From the IMG/VR virus record IMGVR_UViG_3300027255_000165: a stretch of DNA of 64,000 nt, one strand, 5' to 3'. The stretch comes from a virus (taxonomy: Duplodnaviria > Caudoviricetes). How positions within the stretch are numbered: position 1 is the first letter of the stretch; each line of letters starts with the position of its first letter. The position numbers were made by a program, and so were the translations under genes. Shown in pieces: positions 34,701-43,872 of the stretch. The notes beneath the pieces were generated by a model, which was given only the letters and a program-made list of their open reading frames with translations, was not told the DNA's origin and ran no database searches.

Positions 34701-35146
34701 TAGAATAATCGGTTAATGTTCTTCTTCTTAAGAATTCCTGTTTTGTTGTCAAGTTCTTCAATCAAACCCTCCTTAAAGGTGTTTGATAGGGAATTATAGA
34801 ACTTGGTTGGGTGAACGTTAAAGTAATCGCATAACTCAGAAAAGATTTCAATTCTAGAGTGGTTACGTACAAGTTCTCCTTCAATGTAATCATAAACGCT
34901 ATTGATGTCGTTCTTCTTCAACTTACGTGAATCTGAGAACTCGTCTAGATCATTAAAGGTTTTGAATCGTGAAGATTCAATTAGAGCGTGAATCTTTTCC
35001 TGTAGGATTCGCTGTTGAATCTTTTCTTCTTCAGGTCGATCATCAGTCCATTGTGGACTGAGGTTAAAGGTCATGGAGCCATCCAATTCGAATTCAGTTG
35101 ATTCGAAGTTGTTGTCAAATATTTTATCGTGTCTTTCGCGTGACAT
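34700..35146 (-). CDS. probable late transcription co-activator (gp33-like)
   Basis: C-terminal ELCDYFNV...SLSNTFKEGLIEE...LKKKNINRLF resembles gp33 helical pattern with a clamp-type tail. Confidence 0.5.
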   Translation of the reverse strand: MSRERHDKIFDNNFESTEFELDGSMTFNLSPQWTDDRPEEEKIQQRILQEKIHALIESSRFKTFNDLDEFSDSRKLKKNDINSVYDYIEGELVRNHSRIEIFSELCDYFNVHPTKFYNSLSNTFKEGLIEELDNKTGILKKKNINRLF

Positions 35147-35149
35147 ATC

Positions 35150-36463
35150 TTATAGTGTATGTATGTTTGAACCGGTGATGTCCTCGGTTTCGTTTAGTCT
35201 CATCATATTATAGTTGATTATCAACCTACATTTTGTACCCTTACCTTCACCATCTCTGATCTTTAGGATTTTCAACCAGTACTCAAAGTTCGCTCGCATC
35301 AAATCATCTTGAATAATACCCAACATTACATCTGCAGTGTGTGATAGACCTGCAGATTCCGCAACGTCAGACATTGAGATGTCAGATGCATTATATCCTG
35401 AACGCGTGATCTGTGTCGCTGTAACAATTAGCCAATTGTTACGAACTCCCATTGCACGAAGATCTTCAGCGATCTGTTTGATTTTCAGATAGGTGTTCTC
35501 CGAGTTTGGATTTCTGTAATTTGAAAGAATGTTAATGTAGTCAATTACGATTACATTTAGTTTTACTTTCTTTTCTTCTTCAACTTGTTTGAGGTACGAT
35601 TCAATATCGAGAACCGTCGCCTGTGAAGTTGGAAACTGTTTAACGAATAGATTTCCAGGAGGAGTTAGACCATTACCAACAGTTTCCAATCTACGTTGAA
35701 TGTAGTCCTTATTCTTTGACTTTTCCTGGTACTCGTTGATTGGAATTGATAGAAGGTTTGAACCAATACGTTTTACAAACTTATGGTCCGCCATTTCTGC
35801 AGTAATGACCGCAGTGTTGTGACCCATTTTAACAGCGGTTGCAGCATCATTCGCTAGAAAGATTGACTTACCGATGTTTTGTTCACCAACGTAAACAATT
35901 AAGTTACCACCTCTATCATATCCACCGCCAAGAAGACGGTCAATAAAGTTGTAACCCGAACTTACCTTTTCAGTTTCTTTTTGATCGTGGGCATTAGGGT
36001 CAAAGAAGTCTAGACCCAGGTTAGAATCAAAGTTAATTGAGTTACGGTCATTGATTAGACCTTTAAACTTATTGACTAAAGCATCAACGTTTTCAGGTGT
36101 AACTGTAGTGGTCTTAATGAACTCGATTGAATCTGCGAGAGATTCATTGAAGTTGCGCCATTTGATCCAAGACTCTGCGGTTGAGGTCAACCATTCGTCA
36201 TCGTATTCATGTAGATTGACATCATAGATGAGGTCAATCATTTCATCACTTACCTTTTCTTTTTGCTTTGAACTCTTAACGAGTAGCTTCATCTGATCCT
36301 TAGAAGGAGTCTCGTGAAACCGCTCGTAGAACTTGTGAGCTAATTTAGATAAGTGATCAATCTCTTCAGAAGTGTAGAAACCACCCTTGATGGTATCTAA
36401 ATACTTTACCCTCTGTAGAGATAGCTTAAAGAATATCTTTTCAAAATCTTGACCGAACTGCAT
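35150..36463 (-). CDS. gp41: replicative DnaB-like helicase (gp41)
   Basis: Walker A GEQNIGKS, IVIDYIN, TATQITR, SESAG-like AESAG..TAD. Confidence 0.95.
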   Translation of the reverse strand: MQFGQDFEKIFFKLSLQRVKYLDTIKGGFYTSEEIDHLSKLAHKFYERFHETPSKDQMKLLVKSSKQKEKVSDEMIDLIYDVNLHEYDDEWLTSTAESWIKWRNFNESLADSIEFIKTTTVTPENVDALVNKFKGLINDRNSINFDSNLGLDFFDPNAHDQKETEKVSSGYNFIDRLLGGGYDRGGNLIVYVGEQNIGKSIFLANDAATAVKMGHNTAVITAEMADHKFVKRIGSNLLSIPINEYQEKSKNKDYIQRRLETVGNGLTPPGNLFVKQFPTSQATVLDIESYLKQVEEEKKVKLNVIVIDYINILSNYRNPNSENTYLKIKQIAEDLRAMGVRNNWLIVTATQITRSGYNASDISMSDVAESAGLSHTADVMLGIIQDDLMRANFEYWLKILKIRDGEGKGTKCRLIINYNMMRLNETEDITGSNIHTL

Positions 36464-36476
36464 TATTGAGTATATT

Positions 36477-37052
36477 TTAGGCTTCTATACGAAATTGACC
36501 AACTTGTTTACTATATGGTTCATTTTCCCATAGATTAATTGCAATTGCATGTCGAGTTCCACTCGTTACTGGTTTAACTTCATGAACATAATTGCCTGCT
36601 CCAAAGATAATTAATCGATTAGGTTTAGCCTTTACGATCTCAGGTGGAGAGTTCACTCCGTCTGTGTAAATTGCTAATTCTCCACCTTCAAATTCTTGAC
36701 CTGCTGGATAATATACTGTTCCTATTAATGGAATCACAATAGCACCAGTTTTTTCAAACCAAGCTTCATCTTTATCGTAATGATTTCCAAGAATATTTTT
36801 GAATCCTTTTTCTGGATTAGCAGTTTGAATTCCAGTCCAATATTCAAATCCATTGATATTAAAGCTCTCATTGATTGGACAATTATGTCCCCAAATATAT
36901 TCAATCAATCTTTTCTTAATTGTATTAGCTGATGAATCCCACCATCCTCCCCAGTAATAATAAACACCGGGATCGGCAAAAAAAGTTTGATCAGCTGCAA
37001 TATCTTTAAGCAACATTTCATCTTTTACGAAGTTATCAATTACTACAATCAT
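36477..37052 (-). CDS. 2OG-Fe(II) oxygenase (prolyl-hydroxylase-like)
   Basis: HYD, FEGGEL, PNRLIIF, HEV.PV..GTR motifs. Confidence 0.85.
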   Translation of the reverse strand: MIVVIDNFVKDEMLLKDIAADQTFFADPGVYYYWGGWWDSSANTIKKRLIEYIWGHNCPINESFNINGFEYWTGIQTANPEKGFKNILGNHYDKDEAWFEKTGAIVIPLIGTVYYPAGQEFEGGELAIYTDGVNSPPEIVKAKPNRLIIFGAGNYVHEVKPVTSGTRHAIAINLWENEPYSKQVGQFRIEA

Positions 37053-37354
37053 TCGAATGGATTTATTATAATTTTGTAGGCTTCTTTGCCCGGTTGATCT
37101 TTAGTCTGTTCTAAATAACCTTCTTCTAATAGTTTATTTAGAGATGCATCGATCACTTCTGGTGAAAAGTCTTTGAAGTGATATTGGACTACAGCATGTT
37201 TGGTAAAACTATCCTTATAACGATCTGGATTACGATAGGCCAGATTGATATAGAAATGTAAGATGTCAAAAGGATCTGGATAACTTTCCAGATCCTTTTC
37301 AATCCCTAGGATAAATTTAATTGGGAGACGATCTTCGTTAATCGTTAGCAACAT
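37049..37354 (-). CDS. hypothetical protein (possible winged helix)
   Basis: 101 aa; SLNKLLEEGYL...YKI pattern. Confidence 0.7.
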   Translation of the reverse strand: MLLTINEDRLPIKFILGIEKDLESYPDPFDILHFYINLAYRNPDRYKDSFTKHAVVQYHFKDFSPEVIDASLNKLLEEGYLEQTKDQPGKEAYKIIINPFE

Positions 37355-38462
37355 CTTCTAAGATCTCATCAATGTTTATATCTTCGATCTCTTCCATATT
37401 GTAGTTGAAGATCGGTTGAATGTGTGCATCGATTCTCTTTAGAACCTCAGTCGTGAATACCTTATCAGTGAAGAAGTCTTTGTTATCGACTGCTTCGTCA
37501 AGGTGTTCACAAACCCAAGTGCGTGCAGTTTTCTTTAAGATCTTCTCACCGGTCTTAGGATCGATAGTTCCTCGATCGACACCGCAAATATCCCATGATA
37601 CGTAGTTTTCAAGACCAACGTAACGGTTCATGCCTTTAGAGAAGTGCAAGTGAAACTTGATCTTTGAAGGTTTAGCGAAACGGTTCTTGTTAGGTGACGC
37701 AGTAACGATAATACCTGCTTTCTGATCTCCTTCTTTCAATTGTGCCTTGTTCAAGAATAAAACGATTGACGCTGCATATTCAGGACCTGTACCTCCACCT
37801 GCAATTTGAGTTGGGATAAAGGATTGTGATTGATATGTGTGGTTGGTGAACAAGAAAGGAATCTTTAGATCTGCCATCGGAGTCATGATAATTCTAAAGA
37901 TTGACTTTAGAACCTTTGAACGTGTCATATCCGACTTATCAGACCCCGATGCAGCATCGTCAATTTCCTTTGCGGTTGCAAGGTTACCGGCAGAATCAAG
38001 AATAATTAGGATCTTAGGCAATTCTGCGCCTGATGCTTTTGCATCTTGCATTTTCTTGGTGATGCGGGTGACTGAAGTACGGAAATCTTGAACCGTATTA
38101 ACGGGTTGATAGTTAACTTTGTTTGTATCAATGCCAAACTTCTTCATTTGATCTCGATCCACCGCAGCTTCAGAATCATAATAGATGATACTGTAGCCCA
38201 TGTCAATTGCCCTCTTCACCGTGTTCAACATCAAATATGTCTTACCCGTTCCTGAAGGACCAGCAACCGAACATGCTCTATTATTTGGCCATCCGCCAAA
38301 CACAGACCCTGAGATACATGCGTTCAGGTTATAGTTGCCGGTGTCGATCCACTCTGTAACTTCACTAAAAGAAGAGTGTTCCATGATAGAACCTAACGGA
38401 TTGATGTCCTTCAACTCTGCGTTAAGATCTTCAAATGTGAATTCAGTTAATTTCTTCGCCAT
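37338..38462 (-). CDS. uvsX: RecA-like recombinase
   Basis: IDTG...LN..ISG, Walker A GPSGTGKT, YDSE, ILDS.GNL, GGG.GP.YAAS. Confidence 0.95.
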   Translation of the reverse strand: MAKKLTEFTFEDLNAELKDINPLGSIMEHSSFSEVTEWIDTGNYNLNACISGSVFGGWPNNRACSVAGPSGTGKTYLMLNTVKRAIDMGYSIIYYDSEAAVDRDQMKKFGIDTNKVNYQPVNTVQDFRTSVTRITKKMQDAKASGAELPKILIILDSAGNLATAKEIDDAASGSDKSDMTRSKVLKSIFRIIMTPMADLKIPFLFTNHTYQSQSFIPTQIAGGGTGPEYAASIVLFLNKAQLKEGDQKAGIIVTASPNKNRFAKPSKIKFHLHFSKGMNRYVGLENYVSWDICGVDRGTIDPKTGEKILKKTARTWVCEHLDEAVDNKDFFTDKVFTTEVLKRIDAHIQPIFNYNMEEIEDINIDEILEDVAND

Positions 38463-38652
38463 TGTTTTCTAGGGTTTGTTGTTCTTTTTCTCGAAGAGCT
38501 TGAAGCTCTGTTAATAGTTTACCTGTCTCGATTTCAATCTTTGACATGTTATCCTGTAGACGATTCAACTCACGGTAAATGAAATCATATCGTTCAACAA
38601 AGAATATTTCGTTTTGTGATAGACCTTCAAGGTCTCTTGGTCTGAGTGCCAT
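38443..38652 (-). CDS. small coiled-coil protein
   Basis: 69-aa ORF overlapping uvsX start. Confidence 0.7.
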   Translation of the reverse strand: MALRPRDLEGLSQNEIFFVERYDFIYRELNRLQDNMSKIEIETGKLLTELQALREKEQQTLENNGEEIN

Positions 38653-38656
38653 ATTT

Positions 38657-38785
38657 TTAGTAAGCTGGACTGTTTTGCTGGATGTAATCCCATACTAGTT
38701 TGCGAACAGATGCTCCAAATTCCATGTCGTTTGGATTTTCAGTGTGAAGTTCAACTAATTGGGTCATGAGTTTATTATCTTCCAT
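38657..38785 (-). CDS. 42-aa hypothetical protein, not in ORF track
   Basis: MEDNKLMTQLVELHTENPNDMEFGASVRKLVWDYIQQNSPAY; class I promoter upstream. Confidence 0.65.
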   Translation of the reverse strand: MEDNKLMTQLVELHTENPNDMEFGASVRKLVWDYIQQNSPAY

Positions 38786-38801
38786 GATTAGTGTATTTTA
38801 A

Positions 38802-38830
38802 TTTATACTACGTGAATGTGTTTTGTTTAG
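38802..38830 (-). promoter_or_regulatory. class I promoter CTAAAC-N17-TATAAA
   Basis: Motif match upstream of micro-ORF and uvsX operon. Confidence 0.6.
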
Positions 38831-40035
38831 AACAAAGAAGTTGAGTAAATTAGATTACGATTAATGGACTGTAATCCAACTGACGTTAACAATCGATTCA
38901 AGGGATCAATGATTGATTTTTCAAACTGTGTTTCGTAATCAACCTGTGGCGCAAATTCATAAGGATGATCTCCTGGAAGGTATGCAAATACGTCTGAAAT
39001 TCCACCTGGATCAATTGCGTGATAGATCTTCAACTTCTCACCATTACCAATCAGTCGATACTTTGATTTGAATTTTTGGTTGTTGTTCAACAAGAAGTTG
39101 TAATATCCTGCAGCCTTTACGTTGGGCGGACACTTTAGACCAAACTGAAATTCAATATGATCATCAACAATATATCTTTCAATGTTATTTGTTCTCTTAT
39201 TGAACGCAATTTCATCGAGCTTGGCCATCTTGAACTGCTTCTTGGCTTCGCTTAAGAATGATGTAAGTTTTTGAAGGGTGTCTGCTGTAGGGCCAGCCTC
39301 TTCATTAAACATAATCTTAAGGGCCTCTGTTAATTTAGCCCTAGCAAACGTAGGAGTAGAGGATTGAATGGTATCAAATCCAATGGTCTTTACTTTACTC
39401 AGTGGCTTATGGCGTTCAGTCGTAGGAATCTTATCATCCCACGCAATATCCTGAATGTACTTTTTCTTACTCATCCAAATGCCAGAGTAGGCCACTGTTT
39501 CTAGCTCAAAAACTAAGAAGTTATCGGTGTTGGCTGCTACTGCATACTTTTCCATTGCTTTAACAATATACTCTTTAATTCTAAAATTGTATACTGCTAG
39601 GATGAATGTATCAATGGTCATCGGTTCTCCTGTCCATTCACATGTTTTATACATCTCATCGAACTGTACGTAGCACGAATCAGTATCAATGTAAATTACA
39701 GATGGGCGGTGGCATTGTCCTTTAACTGTTACGCCGATGTGTTCGTGTAACTTAGTGTCTTTATGCCAAAAATCATGAAAGTACTTATTTAATACTTGTT
39801 CAGAATACAGGATAGCGTTTTGACCCTGTAAGGTAATTGATTCGGCAATATCTAGATTAAAGAAGTGAAACCACTTATTACCAAATGCACCGTAAACTGA
39901 GTTTAGCGTTACCTTAACCGCTTGCTCATAAGCCGTAAACTTGGCGGACTCTTTTTGATAATAGTCCACCAAGCTTTGTAGCTCGTCTTTTCCTAGTCGA
40001 TCTAGGGAAGTATTCTTTAGTTCTTCTAAAGTCAT
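38827..40035 (-). CDS. gp43: family-B DNA polymerase, C-terminal half (fingers-b, palm, thumb)
   Basis: Motif B KVTLNSVYG, motif C YIDTDS, KKKY; lacks exonuclease and motif A. Confidence 0.93.
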   Translation of the reverse strand: MTLEELKNTSLDRLGKDELQSLVDYYQKESAKFTAYEQAVKVTLNSVYGAFGNKWFHFFNLDIAESITLQGQNAILYSEQVLNKYFHDFWHKDTKLHEHIGVTVKGQCHRPSVIYIDTDSCYVQFDEMYKTCEWTGEPMTIDTFILAVYNFRIKEYIVKAMEKYAVAANTDNFLVFELETVAYSGIWMSKKKYIQDIAWDDKIPTTERHKPLSKVKTIGFDTIQSSTPTFARAKLTEALKIMFNEEAGPTADTLQKLTSFLSEAKKQFKMAKLDEIAFNKRTNNIERYIVDDHIEFQFGLKCPPNVKAAGYYNFLLNNNQKFKSKYRLIGNGEKLKIYHAIDPGGISDVFAYLPGDHPYEFAPQVDYETQFEKSIIDPLNRLLTSVGLQSINRNLIYSTSLF

Positions 40036-40784
40036 TATTCAGCCGTTTGACAAGTAGCAATCGTCAACAATGTGTTAGAGTCATTAGACTTCATAACAAC
40101 CTTATTTGCTGATACGTAAACTGCGTACTCTTCACGGTCTAGAAGATTCAAATACTTTTTGTAAAGGGTTGCAGAAGCTGATTGACCATTGTACTCTGAA
40201 CCTGCTTGATAGTTATAAGTCTTACCTTTAACTCGAACACCTTCGCCATTCGCTTTAATTTCAAACGTTTCATCTTTATCAAGATTAAACAGTGACTTGA
40301 TTTTACCAAGTGTGAAAGTGTCAAGCGTAAAATCAAATGCCGACCCTTCACGTGAAAAGATGCCTTCAATTTGAGAATCTGTAAGATCTTTGAAACCAAG
40401 AGAAGGTTCAGAACAAACTAGTGTGATTTCAAGTTCATTATTGAAAATCTTCATTGTAGATGATACATAGTCTTCTTCGTTCTCGATCAATTCGATCTCT
40501 GCTGAGATTTGATCTGAACCAAACATCTTAATTGCTTCAAGAACTTTGTTAGCGTCAAAGAAAGCAACTTTGATTTCCTTACCTTCAGGAAGATCACCAT
40601 CGACAGTGAACAACTCTGAAATTGGCTGTGAATGCATTTTAACTGCATCACGTTGTGGTAGATAAACCGCAGATTGAATGTTACCGTTACGCAACTTGAA
40701 GTACAGGAATGAATCGATTGACTTCAGGCGATTAACGAACTCTACGAATTGGTTCTGATCTACGCGATTGATTTGAATTTTCAT
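40035..40784 (-). CDS. gp45: sliding clamp (gp45-like)
   Basis: 249 aa two-domain beta/alpha size; coupled to polymerase C-half by TAATG overlap. Confidence 0.7.
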   Translation of the reverse strand: MKIQINRVDQNQFVEFVNRLKSIDSFLYFKLRNGNIQSAVYLPQRDAVKMHSQPISELFTVDGDLPEGKEIKVAFFDANKVLEAIKMFGSDQISAEIELIENEEDYVSSTMKIFNNELEITLVCSEPSLGFKDLTDSQIEGIFSREGSAFDFTLDTFTLGKIKSLFNLDKDETFEIKANGEGVRVKGKTYNYQAGSEYNGQSASATLYKKYLNLLDREEYAVYVSANKVVMKSNDSNTLLTIATCQTAE

Positions 40785-40838
40785 GCTTAATTATTTTCGT
40801 TTAGTTATTGTATAGTAAAATTGGTAATTTGTTTCACA

Positions 40839-40863
40839 TAAAAAAACCCGCTCAAAGCGGGTT
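40839..40863 (-). terminator. intrinsic terminator after nrdA
   Basis: AACCCGCT/AGCGGGTT stem plus T-tract. Confidence 0.75.
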
Positions 40864-40874
40864 CTTAAATAATG

Positions 40875-42674
40875 CTATCCATCACAACTTAAGCAGTCAA
40901 TCATTGCTCGTTGAGCAATATCTCCTCTTAGCACTGATTCTGTTCGCATGTAGTATAATGTCTTAACGCCTTGCTTATATGCCTCTAGGTGAACTTGATT
41001 GATGTACTTGGGTTCAGCCTCGTTAGGGAAGGCAAGGTTAAGTGAAACCGCTTGGTCAATGTATTGTTGACGAATACCAGCTTGACGAACTAATTCCATT
41101 TGATTGATTTCCTTAAAGGTCAAAAATACATCTTTGAATGGAACCCACTTGTCTTTTTCAATTTCAGAAAGTTTATCATATTCCTTTTGATTGATGTATG
41201 TGAATTTCTCACCTTCTTTGGCGTACCACTTGTCAAGAGATTCTACTCCTTGAACCGATCCACCATCTATCAAAATTTGATCCCAAACTTCTTTAGAGTT
41301 TAGTTTGATCATGTTCAGTGCCGTGTCAAGGGTTGGGTTCTTGCGAATGAATGTACCTTTTGCAGTTTGCTCGGTGAAAACGTTGGCAGCCCATGGCTCA
41401 ATACCCGCTGATACGTTTCCTGACAGTTTTGAATTTGAAACTGTTGGGGCAATGGCACGAAGGTGTGTATTTCTCATACCTGTTCCAACACACCACAGTG
41501 GCTCGCCATACACTTTTGCCATGTCTCGTGAAGCTCGTTCCGATTCAATCTTAATTTGAGAGAAGATCTTACGTGTTTCAAATTGTGCGCCCATTGCGTC
41601 AAATGCAATACCTCTTTCTTGTAGGTACGTATGCCATCCAAGAACTCCAAGACCCAGTGCTCGACCTTTTTCAGCTGAACGAACAGAGTTCTCGAAGCCA
41701 CGCATGTATTTTGCACGTGTGATAAACTCTTCTAGGACGCCGTCTAGGAACCATGTTGCAGTGTAAACCAGATCAGTGTCCTTCCACTCGTCGTATTTTG
41801 CAAGGTTGATTGAAGACAAACAACAAACGAATGAGTGGTTCTCGTCAGTATGAAGAGTAATCTCAGAACAAATGTTGGTCATAAAAACCTTTAACTGATT
41901 GTTCTTGTAAGCATCTGGATTTTGACGGTTAACGTTACCTTTAAACATGATGTAAGGCTCGCCGGTCGTTCTACGCTTACGAAGAACTGCAGCCCATCGT
42001 TTACGGGCTTCCTTGTCTCCTTGTTCAAGCTTCATCATAAATGAATCTGAGACAACAACACATTGGTGCATATTTAGAGATTGACGATTAACGTCTCCTT
42101 TGGGTTCTCTAATTTCTAGCCACTCCCAAAAGTCACCGTGCTCGATATCGATATTAACTGATGCTGCACCTCGACGAACTGAACCCTGATTTGTCGCTAG
42201 AATCGATGAATCGTAGATCTTAATAAAAGGAACTACGCCATCTGACGTACCGTTCTGTGAAATGTTCGAACCTGCAGGACGAATCATATTAACTCCAATT
42301 CCAACTCCGCCACCGTGTTTTGCAAGTAGCATCATTTCAAGATTCTTGTTACCAATCTCTTGAATTGAATCGCCTACATCAATACCAAAACATGAAATTG
42401 GTAGACCTCTTTCGGTTCCAGTGTTTGAGAAAACTGGAGTTGCTAGGTTCAACCAACCCTTCCACATGTAATCAAAGAATTTACTAGCCAAATCAGGCTT
42501 ACGTAATCTCTTTGCTACAGTGGTAGCAACTCTCCAATATGCATCCTTTGGTGTTTCACCTTCTAAAAGATAACCTTTAGATACTGTTTTAACGTAAACT
42601 TCAGTGTTGGCCCATATTGGAAAGTCAACTCCAACTTCCCATCCTAAAAATTCACCATGATTAATTTCTTCCAT
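40875..42674 (-). CDS. nrdA: ribonucleotide reductase class Ia alpha subunit (no ATP cone)
   Basis: LATPV, PISCF, GGGVG, TNICSEI, CCLSS, APT.S.S, C-terminal YY and CLSCDG. Confidence 0.96.
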   Translation of the reverse strand: MEEINHGEFLGWEVGVDFPIWANTEVYVKTVSKGYLLEGETPKDAYWRVATTVAKRLRKPDLASKFFDYMWKGWLNLATPVFSNTGTERGLPISCFGIDVGDSIQEIGNKNLEMMLLAKHGGGVGIGVNMIRPAGSNISQNGTSDGVVPFIKIYDSSILATNQGSVRRGAASVNIDIEHGDFWEWLEIREPKGDVNRQSLNMHQCVVVSDSFMMKLEQGDKEARKRWAAVLRKRRTTGEPYIMFKGNVNRQNPDAYKNNQLKVFMTNICSEITLHTDENHSFVCCLSSINLAKYDEWKDTDLVYTATWFLDGVLEEFITRAKYMRGFENSVRSAEKGRALGLGVLGWHTYLQERGIAFDAMGAQFETRKIFSQIKIESERASRDMAKVYGEPLWCVGTGMRNTHLRAIAPTVSNSKLSGNVSAGIEPWAANVFTEQTAKGTFIRKNPTLDTALNMIKLNSKEVWDQILIDGGSVQGVESLDKWYAKEGEKFTYINQKEYDKLSEIEKDKWVPFKDVFLTFKEINQMELVRQAGIRQQYIDQAVSLNLAFPNEAEPKYINQVHLEAYKQGVKTLYYMRTESVLRGDIAQRAMIDCLSCDG

Positions 42675-42692
42675 TCTATAATTCTTATGTAC

Positions 42693-42721
42693 TTTATACC
42701 GCTAGATTCAAATCTGTTTAA
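42693..42721 (-). promoter_or_regulatory. class I promoter TTAAAC-N17-TATAAA (nrdA)
   Basis: Motif match. Confidence 0.6.
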
Positions 42722-43728
42722 GAAAACAAATCGTCTTCATCCCAGTTTTCATCTTCACCAGCCTTTGAGTAATCCGTAGGGCGTACTGCGAAGAAGTCTG
42801 TATGCGTATGCCCGCCTGTTAAGTGATAGAACCAATCAAGTTCTGCGGCTGCTGATTCATCAAACTTAAAGATAGATTCATAACCAATTTCATTGAGCTT
42901 TTCATTGGCTCTTTTCTTGATGAACTCTTTTAAGTCTGATGCATTTAGATTTTCTAGATCGCCAGCTTCAAAAATCTTATCGATGTAATTCATTTCCATT
43001 TCGACCATAAGATGTGCAGCTTCTTCAACCTGTGATTGTACTGCATTTCTTAGGTCTGGATACTCTTCACACATTTGACGGAACAATTGACATCCCATTT
43101 TTGAGTGAAGAGATTCATCTCTAACTGACCATTTCATTTGCTGACCAATACCCTTTAAAAGGTTTCTCATTTGAAACGAGTATAGAACCGCAAATGAAGA
43201 ATATAGAGCTACTCCTTCGGCAAAGGCTGAAAAAATAGCCAATGAACGAGCAACGTCTTTTCGAGCTTCCGCTGACCTAGCCAAATCTTCATGGGTGTAA
43301 TCCGCTGTAGTACCCATCAAGAACTCAAAACGTGCAGCTGTTGAAGGCTCATGTAAGAATGCCTTAAAATCCTCAAGGCCTAATGTTTCGTTTAGATATG
43401 AATACGCTGTTGCATGGATGGTTTCTTGCGAACCAAACATCATTGCCATTTGCTTAATTTCATGTTTAGGGAACCAATTGGTTACCATGCCGGTCCAATA
43501 ATCAGAAACTGCACATTCAGTCTGTGCAAACCCCAATAAAATGTTACCGACCAAATTCTTTTCAGATGCTGAAAGATTTTCATTCCAATCTTTCACGTCG
43601 CCTTGCATCGAAATCTCCGTATGAAGCCAAAAGGCCTGTGCTTGTTTTAGCCATCCCTCTGTGTAATAAATTGGATATTCAAAGGGCTTAAATTCTATTC
43701 TTTCTTTAAATAATTGAGATTTTGACAT
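42718..43728 (-). CDS. nrdB: ribonucleotide reductase class Ia beta subunit
   Basis: FWL..E, FAQTE, ETIHATAY, AEGV.LYSSF, RDESLH. Confidence 0.96.
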   Translation of the reverse strand: MSKSQLFKERIEFKPFEYPIYYTEGWLKQAQAFWLHTEISMQGDVKDWNENLSASEKNLVGNILLGFAQTECAVSDYWTGMVTNWFPKHEIKQMAMMFGSQETIHATAYSYLNETLGLEDFKAFLHEPSTAARFEFLMGTTADYTHEDLARSAEARKDVARSLAIFSAFAEGVALYSSFAVLYSFQMRNLLKGIGQQMKWSVRDESLHSKMGCQLFRQMCEEYPDLRNAVQSQVEEAAHLMVEMEMNYIDKIFEAGDLENLNASDLKEFIKKRANEKLNEIGYESIFKFDESAAAELDWFYHLTGGHTHTDFFAVRPTDYSKAGEDENWDEDDLFS

Positions 43729-43872
43729 TTTTTAAAAAACGTATTTTTTTTACTATTGCTATTAGACGACAAAGGGTCCTTAATTCATTAGAACTGATGG
43801 ACCCGGGGTGTAACTTTACGATACATTGTATATATCATGGCTGTTACGAGGGGCTCTAAATATAATAACTGA

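Noticed and set aside
36477-37052. TET/JBP base oxidase
   Set aside because: Motif layout (HYD...HEVKPV..GTR...W) fits P4H/PKHD-type oxygenases, and no DNA methyltransferase is adjacent
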